DNA from: Lichenicola sp.
GTDB taxonomy: Bacteria; Pseudomonadota; Alphaproteobacteria; Acetobacterales; Acetobacteraceae
Assembly (NCBI GenBank): GCA_965198655.1
Contig: OZ240668.1
Span: 3,196,767 to 3,260,766, forward strand
DNA length: 64,000 nucleotides
Reading direction: 5' to 3'
The notes under the pieces are model-generated. The model saw nothing but the letters and a program-made list of their open reading frames with translations. It had not been told where the DNA came from and did not search any database. Shown one piece after another: positions 1 through 10,443 of the stretch. How positions within the stretch are numbered: position 1 is the stretch's first letter; every line of letters begins with the position of its first letter. A program made the translations under genes and the position numbers.

Positions 1-294
1 CATCGGTGCGGATCGAACCGACCCCGCGATCATGATCGCTCCGGTGATCATCCGGACAGTCTCAGCACCTGCTTCCGGACCGGCCGGGATCTGCACGCAC
101 CTGGGCACCGTGCCGGCTCTCGTCAGCCGTAGCATCCGCTTGACCATGGTTGCCGGAGCAACTAGGTGTGACCACCCATCGCATCGACCGAGACGACCGG
201 CTCCTCGAAGCCGGTCGATCTGTGAAACGACCCGGTCACTCGTTTCTTGCTGGCATTCGTATCGAAGCCTGTCATCCAGCCGAAGGAAGACACA

Positions 295-1149
295 ATGAAG
301 CTCCTACGCTATCGACATAAGGATGGTGTCCACTTGGGAGCGCTTCTGGACGGCGGGATCGTACGGCTGGACGGTCTCGGGTTCGGGAGCATGTTGGGCA
401 TCATCGAAGGCGGCAAGGCGGCACTGGACCGCATTGCTGCCCATCTTGCCTCCGCGGAGGCCGAAATTGCCCTGACGGATGCCGAGTTGCTGGTTCCCCT
501 GGAACGGCCGAGCAAGTATCTGGCAATCGGCATGAACTACGCGAAGCACCTCGATGAGGCGGATAAGCTCGGCATCGCACGTTCGAAGCACCAGGTCTGG
601 TTCAACAAGCAGACGAGCTGCATCGCGGGTCCCTACGACGAGATCGATCCCGGCGTGACCGAGAAGCTCGACTACGAGGTCGAACTCGGAGTCGTCATCG
701 GCAGGCAGGCCAAGCACGTCAGCGAAGCCGAGGCGTCCGACTACGTGTTCGGCTACCTCGTTGCCAACGACGTGTCGGCCCGGGACTGGCAGTTCCATTC
801 CCCCACGCACACGATGGGAAAGTCTTTCGACACCCATGGCCCGATCGGCCCCTGGATCGTCACGGCCGACGAGATCCATGACCCGCATGGCTTGGCTCTG
901 CGGTGCTACGTCAACGGAGAGCTGCGTCAGGACAACGTAACCGGTGGCATGATTGCCAACGTGTGGCAGCAGATCGCTTATCTCTCGACAGCCTTCACGT
1001 TGTATCCGGGCGACCTGATCGCCACCGGCACGCCGGAAGGCGTCGGCGTCGGCATGGACCCGCAGGTCTTCCTGCAGCCAGGCGACGTCGTACGCTGCGA
1101 GATCGACCAGATCGGCGCCATCGAGAACGTCGTCGGACGGCCTGCCTAG
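295..1149 (+). CDS. fumarylacetoacetate hydrolase (FAH) family protein
   Basis: ATG at 295 preceded by a GAAGGAAGA Shine-Dalgarno. Translation MKLLRYRHKDG...YEVELGVVIG...VANDVSARDWQ...GDLIATGTPEGVG matches the FAH-family C-terminal domain pattern. Confidence 0.8.
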   Translation: MKLLRYRHKDGVHLGALLDGGIVRLDGLGFGSMLGIIEGGKAALDRIAAHLASAEAEIALTDAELLVPLERPSKYLAIGMNYAKHLDEADKLGIARSKHQVWFNKQTSCIAGPYDEIDPGVTEKLDYEVELGVVIGRQAKHVSEAEASDYVFGYLVANDVSARDWQFHSPTHTMGKSFDTHGPIGPWIVTADEIHDPHGLALRCYVNGELRQDNVTGGMIANVWQQIAYLSTAFTLYPGDLIATGTPEGVGVGMDPQVFLQPGDVVRCEIDQIGAIENVVGRPA

Positions 1150-1679
1150 AGCATCATCGGATCAGGTGCAGTCACCTGACCGGTAAAGATGCTCGTCAAG
1201 ACAATCCGATAGACCATGGCCGGTGAACGAACGTGAACCTGTGATAGTCTAGCGGCGGAGGGAGCACCGTCGACCGCAGGTCATGACCTGTGGCGTTGCC
1301 ATCACGTAGACGCGGTGAACGCCTGACCGGACTGGATTGTCCAGCGAAAGAAGCCGCCGGGTGGGCCTACTTTGCACTACGAGCTTCGCCAAGCCGCTCT
1401 GGCGCAGATCACGTCGCCAAACGCCGGTGCCACGCCCAACTCGCCGACCGGCGTCTCGCCGCTCCCGAACCATAACACGCCCGGCGAGAACTTGCGGTCC
1501 ACCAGCATCAAGCCGGCGCGGCAGGTCGTCAGCATGGGGCTGTCCCCGGCCTGGTCCGATCGGTCTGCCTCGATCCGGATCTGCGTGCTGTGCTGCCTGT
1601 TGTGCGGGCGCAGGCCGATGGCCGGCGCGTCGGGTGAGCCGGTGGCGCGGGACACCGGCTCACCCGACAGAATCTGCAC

Positions 1680-2714
1680 TCAGTGCCGGCGGAACAGCGC
1701 CTCCGCATTGCCATGGGCGATCATGTCGCGCTCGTGCTGATCGATCGGCAGGTTCTCCAGAAAGCTGCGGGCCCCGGTCTGGGTCAGGAACGGGTAGTCG
1801 ACCGAGTAGAGGATCCGGTCGGACCCGAGCACCTTCCGGATGAAGTCGAAGTGCGGCTGGTTCAGCATGCCGCTCGGCGTGACCGACACGTGCGTCCGGT
1901 AGGTCTCCGAGACCGTGCGCGATAGGAGGCTGGCGCCGGGCGGGATCATGTCGTCGAGGCGGTTGAGGTAGAACGGCACCATCTCGCCCCAGTGGCCGCT
2001 GATGACTTGCAGGGTCGGAACCTTCTCGAACAGCCCCGCCAGCATCATCCGGACCACGTGGACGCCGGCCTCGTGATGCCAGCCCCAGCCGAACATTGAC
2101 AGCCGGACGGTGATCTCGGGCTCCAGCCCGCCGTAATAGGGCGCCTGCACCTGCGGCAACGGCAAACCGGGATGCAGGTAGAGCGGCATGCCCAGCTCGC
2201 CCAGCTTGGCCAGCACCGGCAGGTAGCGCGGGTCGTCCAGGAAGGTGTCGCCCGGCCGGCCGTGCAGCAGCGCCCCGACATGGCCGAGCTCGCCGGCGGC
2301 GCGAGCCAGCTCGTCCACCGCCGCCTGCGGGTCTTGCCATGGCAGGGCCGCAAAGGCGTCGAACCGGGTCGGGTGGGCCCGGACCGTGCGGGCCATCCGG
2401 TCGTTGACCGCACGCGCCAGGCCTGGAGCGTCGGCGATGGGGGCGAGCTGCACCGGGTTGCTGCAGGACAGCACCTGCATGTCGATGCCGTGGCGATCCA
2501 TGTCGGCCAGGCGGCCATCGCCATCGTCGCGCGCCAGCTCGTGGGCACGCGCGACCGGGTTCAGGTGTGGCAGGCCGTCCCCGAATGAGTCCGGCTGATC
2601 CTCGAACCGCGTGCACAGGTCCGCGACGTAGCTCCCGAGCTTGGCCGCCGCCGGCTGCACGGCCCGGATGATGTCCGGGTCGATGACGTGTTCCTCGACG
2701 CAGATGATCTTCAT
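1680..2714 (-). CDS. amidohydrolase-2 family protein (ACMSD / aromatic-acid decarboxylase-like)
   Basis: MKIICVEEHVIDPD N-terminus (metal-binding EEH), ...ISGHWGEMVPFYL...DYPF: typical amidohydrolase_2 layout. ATG confirmed at 2714. Confidence 0.7.
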   Translation of the reverse strand: MKIICVEEHVIDPDIIRAVQPAAAKLGSYVADLCTRFEDQPDSFGDGLPHLNPVARAHELARDDGDGRLADMDRHGIDMQVLSCSNPVQLAPIADAPGLARAVNDRMARTVRAHPTRFDAFAALPWQDPQAAVDELARAAGELGHVGALLHGRPGDTFLDDPRYLPVLAKLGELGMPLYLHPGLPLPQVQAPYYGGLEPEITVRLSMFGWGWHHEAGVHVVRMMLAGLFEKVPTLQVISGHWGEMVPFYLNRLDDMIPPGASLLSRTVSETYRTHVSVTPSGMLNQPHFDFIRKVLGSDRILYSVDYPFLTQTGARSFLENLPIDQHERDMIAHGNAEALFRRH

Positions 2715-3174
2715 CGTGTCCTCGCTGGTCCTGGCCTGCATGTTCCCTGGCCTACGTGTTCCTGGACGGCAAGCTACTCGTCGGAACCGTTCACCCCCAG
2801 GAGCGGCATCGGGTCAGGTTGAGGCACTCCGCAGCTCCACCTGCGTGATAGGGCTGCTCTTCCAGACCGGAGTGGGACCGTGATCGGACGGCGGTCCATC
2901 AGACTCGATCGATACGATCCGACCCGGCCCATGACGGCCGAGGCGAAGGGAAGATGACCGCGTCGATCGACGCCAACCGCCCTGCCGAAACGTCCGAGTT
3001 CCGCTACAAGGGCGTGCCGCAAAGGGTCATGACCTCGGCCTGGAAGGTGTGGTAGCGGCTGTGGCAACGTCGGCGGGCGCTGTTGCGGGAACCGTCATGT
3101 GGCGAAGGTCGTCGACACGCGAGGTGCCCGCACCGGCGTCGGATCCCATGCCTTGGAACCGGAGCGTGCGGCTA

Positions 3175-4707
3175 CTAGGCGGGCTGTGCGTGCAGCGCCT
3201 GGTCGACACGGTCGAGCAGCGCCGCCAGCTCGTGAGAGTCGCGAGCCATGCCGTAGCTGTACCAGTCCGGCCGAACCACCGCCGCCGAGCACGAGTGCGT
3301 CGCGAACCAGGCAGCGTAGACGCCGTCGAGGTCCTCCAGCGCGCTGTCGGACGACGTGGACGCGACCACCGCGATCCGGCCGCCGATATGGAGCCAGGCT
3401 CGGCGCTGATCGTCGGTCAGGTCGCGGAGCAGTACCGGATCGGACGTCACGATGCACCAGCCGGAGCCGACTATGTCGTCGAAGCGACCCTCGATGCCGT
3501 GCGAACGCACCCGGCCTTGCGGGAAGTAGGCCCCGCCGCCGGCGATGAGGCCGGCGGTCAACCCGGGCAGGCTGACCTTCTCCGGCGCCTGCTGCGCGCG
3601 GCGCTGGGCGAGCATGCGCTCGTCGCGCATGGCCGCCTGGGCCGGATCCCGCAGCGTCTGCACCCGACCGAGCTCGATCGCCTTCTCGGTGATGAAGCGG
3701 ACATGCGGCTCCCGCTCGGCCTGGTAGGTATCGAGCAGCGAATCGTCGGCGCGGCCGCGCAGCACCAGGTCGAGCTTCCAAGCCAGGTTGTGGCTGTCGC
3801 GTATGCCGGAGCACATGCCCTGGCCGAGGAAGGGCGGCATCTCGTGTGCGGCGTCGCCGGCCAGGAACACGCGGCCGTGCCGCCAGGTGCGGGCGATCCG
3901 GGAGCGGAACACGTACTTGACCGCCCGGATCAGCTCGGCGTCGTCGTGACCTAGGAACCGTTCCACCCGGGCCCAGACCGCGTCCGAAGCGGTCACCGCC
4001 TCGGTGGAGTCCGTCGGCTCCAGCATGAAGGAGAAGCGGTGATGGTGCGGCCCGATCCGCACGATGGAGATCGGCTGCGCCGGATCACAGATCTGCCGGA
4101 ACATCGGCAGGTCCGGCATGGTCCGGAGCATGTGGAAGTCGCAGACCAGCCAGTTCTCCTGGAACCCGTAATCGTCCACGTCCGGCGCCAGGGCGCGTCG
4201 GAGGAAGCTGCCTCCGCCGTCGGAGCCGACCACGTAGCGAGCGCGAACCTCGACCTTCTGGCCGTCCGGCCCGTCACCGCGCAGCGTGACGGTCTCCTCG
4301 TTCTGCTCGATCTCGGCCACCGTCACGCCCTGGTGGATGTCGACGCCGGGCAGGGCCTTGTCGTGTCGATCGAGCACCGTCTCGATCTGAGGCTGGAACA
4401 TCATGTACATCGCAGCCCAGCCGGCCGGAGCGCGATCGGCGTAGCGAAGGTCGACCAGGGTCTCGCCGGCCGCGTTGACCCACTGGTAGTCGCCCTGAGG
4501 CACGACGCCGTCGCTGATCTCGTTTACGACGCCGATCCGTTGGAACAGCCGCATGGTCTGGTCGTCGAAGCAGGCGGCGCGAGGCAGGTTGTAGAGGCCG
4601 GCGTAGCGTTCCAGCACGACGACGCGATGACCGAATTGGCCAAGAAGAGCCGCCAGGGTCATCCCGGTCGGACCGTATCCAACCAGGGCGATGTCGTAGT
4701 CCTTCAT
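3175..4707 (-). CDS. FAD-dependent aromatic-ring monooxygenase (MhpA-like hydroxylase)
   Basis: N-terminal GxGxxG (VGYGPTGMTLAALL), DG motif region, GRVFLAGDAAHEMPPFLGQGMCSGIRDSHNLAWKL FAD-binding signature; 510 aa. Confidence 0.8.
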   Translation of the reverse strand: MKDYDIALVGYGPTGMTLAALLGQFGHRVVVLERYAGLYNLPRAACFDDQTMRLFQRIGVVNEISDGVVPQGDYQWVNAAGETLVDLRYADRAPAGWAAMYMMFQPQIETVLDRHDKALPGVDIHQGVTVAEIEQNEETVTLRGDGPDGQKVEVRARYVVGSDGGGSFLRRALAPDVDDYGFQENWLVCDFHMLRTMPDLPMFRQICDPAQPISIVRIGPHHHRFSFMLEPTDSTEAVTASDAVWARVERFLGHDDAELIRAVKYVFRSRIARTWRHGRVFLAGDAAHEMPPFLGQGMCSGIRDSHNLAWKLDLVLRGRADDSLLDTYQAEREPHVRFITEKAIELGRVQTLRDPAQAAMRDERMLAQRRAQQAPEKVSLPGLTAGLIAGGGAYFPQGRVRSHGIEGRFDDIVGSGWCIVTSDPVLLRDLTDDQRRAWLHIGGRIAVVASTSSDSALEDLDGVYAAWFATHSCSAAVVRPDWYSYGMARDSHELAALLDRVDQALHAQPA

Positions 4708-5576
4708 GGTTGCCCTCTTTGCGGTGCGGCGTCGCGTTCAGGTTTCGGCAGGCGCATTGGCTTCGGCAGGCACGTCGGTATCCTGCGGGACCGGCGCTTC
4801 GGCTCCGGTCCGAAACGGGGACCCGTTGTGGTTCCGGCAGACCGACGGTCCGCGGCGATCCCCGCCATCGCGACCGCGTTCCCCGACCTCCCCTGTTTTC
4901 GACTCTCCAGTTCCTCGCTCAGGCAGGATGGCCAGAGGCAGTGTGTCGGACTGGTGGCTCCGGACGCGTTGATCGGTAGGCGCAGGAGCCGCCTGTACCG
5001 GCACGAGCATGATTCCGTGGACCAGCGACGGCATCCATCAGGCTGCAGGTCATCGACATCACCGGACGCCAGGATGCTCATACAACAAGGCTAAACAGCC
5101 ATGGTTGCAGATGCAATGCTTGCATGTGCAACGAACACGCCTGGCCGAGGCCTGCCGGGGCTAAAACATGGCAACCTGAAAACCTTGACACGTCCGCTGA
5201 TGGACCAGGACGGCCGCTGCCGGACGAGCCTCGTCCTCGCGCGGTCCTGGACCAGGACGGTCGCCCGAACCGGGTCAGGGCAGCCGGATCACGCCCATCT
5301 TGGCTGCCGCAGCCTGTCTGAGCCTCTGACCAAGTCCTCCTCTCGTCACGATCTGCCGCCTGCAGGCCAAGCCCCGCGGACGACAACGGAGCAGCGGATC
5401 CAGGATGGCAGCTCGCCCTGCACCATGCCGGACGACATGATCCAGTCGGCATGCGGCGCGCTGGAGTTCCGGACGCGATCCGGGACGTGCTGAAACGCCT
5501 GCTGGTGAACGATGCGGCTACTTGGACCAGCCCCGAGGCGTTCGATACGATCGGTCGAAGGCGATCCGGCACGCGA

Positions 5577-6683
5577 TCATCCGCCCATTACGAGCACCGG
5601 CTTGATGACGCTTCCGTCGAGGGAGGCCGCGGAGGCTTCGTTGATCGCGTCGAACGCGAAGGTCTGCACGATCCGCTCGATCGGCAGGCGGCCCAGACGA
5701 TACAACTCGATGAGCTGCGGTATCACGACGCGCGGGTTCGCATCCCCCTGGTTGGTGCCGACGATGCGCAGGCCGCGCGCGACCAGGTCGATCACGTCGA
5801 ACGATCCCGGCTCCCCTCGGGACGGGACGCCGACGACGACGCAGGTGCCTGCCGATGCCAGCACCTTGATCGCGGTCTCCAGCGCGCGCGGGTTGCCGCT
5901 GGTCTCGATCACGCCGTCGACGCCCACGCCGCCGGTGAGGGACAGGATCGCCTGGCGGCTGTCGTCCTTGGCCGCGTCCACCAGATGGGTCGCACCCAGC
6001 TCCCGGGCCAGCGCGAGACGACCCGGATGCACATCGATAGCGATCACCTGGGTGGCGCCGGTCAACCGCAACCCCATGATGGCGGACAGCCCGACCGCGC
6101 CGGCACCGAACACGGCGACGCGGTCGCCGGGCATCGGGCGCAGCACGCTGGTCGCGGCGCTGACGCCGGTCTGCACACCGCAGCCGAGCGGCGCCAGGAT
6201 GGAGGCCGGAAGGTCGTCCGGCACCGGAACCGCCGCACGGGCGGCAGTGGCCACGAAGCGGGAGAACGAGGACTGACCGAAGAAGTGGCTATGGATGGGA
6301 TGCGCGTCGCAGCGCAGGCTGCTGGACCCGTCGTCCCGCCCGCCGCCGACCAGGTTGAGCACCGGCCAAGTCCGGCAGTAGGCCGGCGCACCCCGCACGC
6401 AGGCGGGACAGCGCCCGCAGGAGGTGAACGAGATCACCACCCGGGTGCCGAGCGACAGGTCGGTGACCGCGGCCCCGAGCTCGACCACCCGGCCAACCCC
6501 TTCATGGCCGAGCACGCCAGGCAGCGGAAACGGGATGCTTCCCGCCTGCGCCGACAGATCGGCGTGGCACATCCCGCAGGCCTCGAGCTCGACTACCACC
6601 TCGCCCGGCTGCGGGGGAAGCAGCTCAAGCTCCATCAGGACGAACGGTTCACGCGGCGCGTCGACCACTGCCGCCATCGTCAT
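5577..6683 (-). CDS. zinc-dependent alcohol dehydrogenase family protein (aryl-alcohol dehydrogenase-like)
   Basis: GMCHADL catalytic-zinc motif, CGRCPACVRG structural-zinc cysteines, GAGAVGLSA Rossmann motif. Start placed at MTMAAVV (ATG 6683). The ORF-track start at 6749 is a GTG. Confidence 0.8.
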   Translation of the reverse strand: MTMAAVVDAPREPFVLMELELLPPQPGEVVVELEACGMCHADLSAQAGSIPFPLPGVLGHEGVGRVVELGAAVTDLSLGTRVVISFTSCGRCPACVRGAPAYCRTWPVLNLVGGGRDDGSSSLRCDAHPIHSHFFGQSSFSRFVATAARAAVPVPDDLPASILAPLGCGVQTGVSAATSVLRPMPGDRVAVFGAGAVGLSAIMGLRLTGATQVIAIDVHPGRLALARELGATHLVDAAKDDSRQAILSLTGGVGVDGVIETSGNPRALETAIKVLASAGTCVVVGVPSRGEPGSFDVIDLVARGLRIVGTNQGDANPRVVIPQLIELYRLGRLPIERIVQTFAFDAINEASAASLDGSVIKPVLVMGG

Positions 6684-6816
6684 GCGATGGGCGAACGATC
6701 CAGGTTCATCAGGCACGATCAGGGAAATCCTTGCTAATCGCTCGGCCACGGCGGTGGCCCCCGCTGGTCTGGATGCTACCTGTAGCCCTGCCGCACGAAC
6801 AGGCCGACCGGCGCCA

Positions 6817-7308
6817 TCAACGATGCGGCTCCATCCAGCTCAGGTAGGCCGCTACCGGGCTGGTCAACGCCAAGCCCTTCAAGTCCCCCAACGCCACCAT
6901 GCGTGCCCCTATGATCTCGCTGCCGTCCACCTTCAGCTCCGGCAGCCGGTCTAGACGCAGCTCGAACAGGTGGACCACGTCGTTCCGTCCGTCCGACAGG
7001 CCACGGAAGATCCCGGCGGGGGTCAGGGTCTTCGCGATCAGCCCGACCTCCTCCATCAGCTCCCGCTTCGCCGCTCCCTCCGGGGTCTCGCCAGCACTCA
7101 CCCCACCACCGGGAAAGTTCCACTGCGGCCGGTATGAGGAGCGCACCAGCAGCACGCTGTCGCCAACGTAGACGGCGACCAGTGCGCCGATATGAGGCGC
7201 GCGGCGGATGCGCCACCACAGGGTCGCCAACGGGAAGCCGATGCGGAACACGAGGCGCCGCGTGCGGTCCCGCAGCGTAGGGCGGGAGGTCCAGGTGGTC
7301 GGGTTCAA
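6817..7308 (-). CDS. NUDIX hydrolase
   Basis: Nudix box GGGVSAGETPEGAAKRELMEEVGL. The ORF-track start at 7308 is TTG, so the true start is uncertain. Confidence 0.7.
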   Translation of the reverse strand: MNPTTWTSRPTLRDRTRRLVFRIGFPLATLWWRIRRAPHIGALVAVYVGDSVLLVRSSYRPQWNFPGGGVSAGETPEGAAKRELMEEVGLIAKTLTPAGIFRGLSDGRNDVVHLFELRLDRLPELKVDGSEIIGARMVALGDLKGLALTSPVAAYLSWMEPHR

Positions 7309-7434
7309 GAGATCAACCGCGATGTACCACAGCCTGCTCGATGGCAGCCTTCACCTCGATCGGGGTTGTCCGGCCACACGCTGCGAGCGCGCGCCGATCA
7401 CCGCTGCCGGTTCGTAAGATCAAGCCATTCTCCG

Positions 7435-7650
7435 CTAGCACAGCCGCCAGAGCGGACACGACGGCAAGGATATCACGCCTCCCAACAGGACCATCATCGC
7501 CAGGAGTGCCGGGAGGGCCCTCTTAGCCGGCTTGATGAACGCAGTGCCGATGCCGTTGATCGGATAGCTGGCATCATCGATGCGGACGAGTGTCCGGGTT
7601 ACCTGAACATCATTTGCGAAGTAGAGCGTCTGCTCGCAAGCGGCTGGCAT
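7435..7650 (-). CDS. small membrane protein, DUF6232-like (tentative)
   Basis: QTLYFANDVQVTRTLVRIDDASYPINGIGTAF followed by a hydrophobic segment LPALLAMMVLLGGVISL. This resembles the short 'T-x-R-x-V-x-x-x-x-Y-P-I-x-x-I' PH-like membrane proteins. It lies in a lower-GC region. Confidence 0.3.
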   Translation of the reverse strand: MPAACEQTLYFANDVQVTRTLVRIDDASYPINGIGTAFIKPAKRALPALLAMMVLLGGVISLPSCPLWRLC

Positions 7651-8332
7651 GTCGTCACTCGTTCCAAAACCACGATTAGCTTAGGACGGTTTGACATGCT
7701 CGCGGGTACCTCGTCTGTCTCAGATTGGAGTGTCACCATGTTTCCGCGCGCAGGTCAGGCCGCAGTCTCGTCGCTACCGACCCGCCCAAGGACCCTCTTC
7801 ACGGCTGTTGCAATCCAGTCTGATCCGCCGCGCGTCGTCTTCACGTCCCTTGCCCTCAGTTCCCTGGCAACGGCTCCAGGACTTGCCCCCCCTGCCTGGC
7901 GTCGGCAGCAAGTTCGCTATGATGCGCTTCAGCATGTGCTCCGCATGGTCCGCCGCCAGCCGTTCCAGGGCATCTTCCGTTCACCTGGGTTCACTTCGAT
8001 GCTCTGGCCTGTTGCTTGAGCGAGCATCTTCGCCCGATCAGGTGATCTACCTGATCGGTATCGGCCTCGTCCGGCTGGGAACGTGCGAAGCCGTGGCGAG
8101 CTGAACCGTCACGGAGCCTGGCTGTGGCCCCGACGACGGATTCAAATCGAGGAACTGAGTACAGGTGTTCCGCCAACGGTTCAGCCGGTCTTGCGGAAGG
8201 ACCGGTCGCTGGAATCGACCAAGGCACCGACAGTCCTTTGACGGGAGCTTCGCAAGCCGAGGCGACATCGTTGGATAGGAGAACGGTCGTCGCCAACGAG
8301 ATGCGAAGCTTGAGCCGGTGCTAGGCTCCGGC

Positions 8333-8749
8333 TCAAGCGGCGCAGGGAACGGGCATGACACCCCAAGCTGCCAGTTGCAGCCCTATATCCGCCCGTATGG
8401 CCTCCACAGCCGCTTCAACGGTCCGATACGGTCCCGACTCGGCAACGTCGCCGACCTCGTCCAGCTCGTTCCTGTGAATGACACGGAACCGTCCCCGTGA
8501 TCCCCGCCAAATCTGGAAGCTGCCGACGGGTGGCCCGGCGACCCGCGTGATCATGACATGGTCGTGTCGCACCCCGGCATCCGCGTCCCGCATCAGGGCG
8601 ACGGTAAACCAGCCTGTCGGCAGCGATTGCGCTGCCTGCGTCGCTTGGTCGAACATGAACGCGGTCATGAACGTGTCCGCGGGAACCGCGAAGGTGACGA
8701 CGTTGCTTTGAGCGTAACCGGTCTTATCGGTGGAGGAAGCTTGGGGCAC
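8333..8749 (-). CDS. hypothetical protein
   Basis: 138-aa ORF in the lower-GC stretch with non-repetitive, globular-looking sequence. No family recognised. Confidence 0.35.
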   Translation of the reverse strand: MPQASSTDKTGYAQSNVVTFAVPADTFMTAFMFDQATQAAQSLPTGWFTVALMRDADAGVRHDHVMITRVAGPPVGSFQIWRGSRGRFRVIHRNELDEVGDVAESGPYRTVEAAVEAIRADIGLQLAAWGVMPVPCAA

Positions 8750-9586
8750 AGCACGCTTCTTTGCTCTGGGTCAGACAGGAGCGAGAGGGTTGGGTATCCC
8801 CGCGCCATGGCGTTCTATGCCAGGTTGTAAACCTTTTTGGAAGACAACCCTGAGGTTTATTAGTGAGACGAGTCACGCTCCCGTGAACCTGCTGCAGACT
8901 CTCCACCTGCAGTGGGACCTCGACCTGCACGTGAAGGCTCGCTCAAGCCTCCTCACCGGCCTTGTAGAGCGGCTTGCTGGGCCGTTGAACGTTTGACCGA
9001 ACGCGATAGTCCGCACTTGGATACGCGACGACAGGTGCAGGAGCGGGTTGTGCCGCTGCTGGTTGCTCAGGTTGTCCCGGCTGAACGCCTGCCGCCGAGC
9101 GAACGCTTTGCCTGTGCTTGGTGAGGGCGTCGCGTCTGGGTCCGGCCTTGTGAACATGACCTGCATCTCCTTGAGCTGCGGGATCGCAAGCTTAAGGAGC
9201 GGCTTTCGAACAGCAGGAAGCACGCTGGGGCGCACATGGGTTCTCGGCAACGAAGACGCCGGCCCCCGTAGCCCTGATGCCATACGCCAGCTTCCCAACC
9301 TCGATCAGGTTGCCGCCGGACTGTTCAGGCTGAGCGCCACGAACATTTCCGATGTCCGGTCATCATGAATGCCGCCGCAACCCGGTCGATGTCACTCCGG
9401 ACACCAAACAATTCCACGTCGTGATGGACCAGAAGAACTATCAGGAGAAAGTCCAAGCCATCCCGATGCTGTCAGCACCCGTCACACCTCGTTACAGCTC
9501 TCGCCCGAATCACGCCGCAGAGCTGGAGCTGACTGCGTTCAATCCAACGGTTTACCTAGACCACCGTTGGCATGAGGAGAACCACC

Positions 9587-9799
9587 ATGAACGTCCGTCA
9601 GGCCATCAAGCGGCCGCTTCTGGCCGTCGCCGCAGTCGCTGCAATCCTTGGCGCTGTTCCGATCGCGAACGCGCAGCCTTTCCCGCCTCTGCCGCCCGGC
9701 TGGGTCGGTCCCCACTACTACTACGGCGGTCATTACTGGCATCGTCGGGTCTGGGTATGGGATCGGTTCCATCACCATCGCTTCTATCGCTACTATTGA
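9587..9799 (+). CDS. small secreted His/Tyr/Trp/Arg-rich protein
   Basis: GAGGAGAA Shine-Dalgarno 5 nt before ATG 9587. Signal peptide MNVRQAIKRPLLAVAAVAAILGAVPIANA. Mature 41 aa: QPFPPLPPGWVGPHYYYGGHYWHRRVWVWDRFHHHRFYRYY. Confidence 0.55.
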   Translation: MNVRQAIKRPLLAVAAVAAILGAVPIANAQPFPPLPPGWVGPHYYYGGHYWHRRVWVWDRFHHHRFYRYY

Positions 9800-10443
9800 C
9801 CATCCGGGCGGGGGCGTCGCAGGGCATTGCGGAGCCCCCGTTTGCCGGACCGGCGTCAGCCGGGCCTAGGAGCCTGTCCAGCAGTCTCGGCAACGATCCA
9901 CGCCACATATCCCGAGCTGCCTGAAGAACGCCCTTCCGGTGCCCGCTCAGCCCGCTGCGCCGCCGACGCCGGCGCGTCCCGGCATCATGCGACAGCATCG
10001 TCGTGACGGCTCAAGCCGCCAGGTGATGCAGTGCAACCTTCGGCGCCACGCTCTCACGTCGGAACAGGATCGGCTCAACAATTCTGGGCCTGGTGGGCTA
10101 TAGGTCGGATCAAGCTCACCGCCGGGACGCGGGAACGCGTTTCCTTGGGAAGCGGCAGCATGGCCAGAACAGGAACCTGTCGGGGCCCGGTTGACCGTCC
10201 ACCGAAAGACCGACGATGAGACTGCACGTGGCGACGCTACCCGAATGTCCAAGGGCAGGAGCCAGCCCGACCTCGTGCCTGCGCCGTGCGACGCCGGATG
10301 AGCCGGGTGCTTACCCGCGCGCGGCTTCTTCCGACCGGGCCGCGCGATCGGGCCGGCGAGGCTCTGCCTTCCCTGGTCGCTCGGAAGATGCAAGGAAACG
10401 GCGACGTCGAGCCGCGGGGCGGCTCCAGGGAGCGTAACCGGTC

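Noticed and set aside
1-246. Possible 5' end of a minus-strand gene running off the left edge (ATG near 148, MVKRMLRLTRAG...), plus the plus-strand ORF 32-298.
   Set aside because: The pieces are too short and featureless to assign. Neither has a recognisable motif or ribosome-binding site.
1150-1680. Several overlapping 60-170-aa ORFs between the FAH-family gene and the amidohydrolase, including 1377-1679 (minus) with a WFGSGETPVGELG-like segment.
   Set aside because: No frame gives a coherent protein. It may be a remnant of a decayed gene, but I cannot name a family.
7192-8019. 275-aa plus-strand ORF in the lower-GC region. It is the longest ORF there.
   Set aside because: The composition is Arg/Ser/Pro-rich with no motifs. 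It overlaps better-looking minus-strand fragments, and its codon usage is not convincing. It is treated as a non-coding or decayed region.
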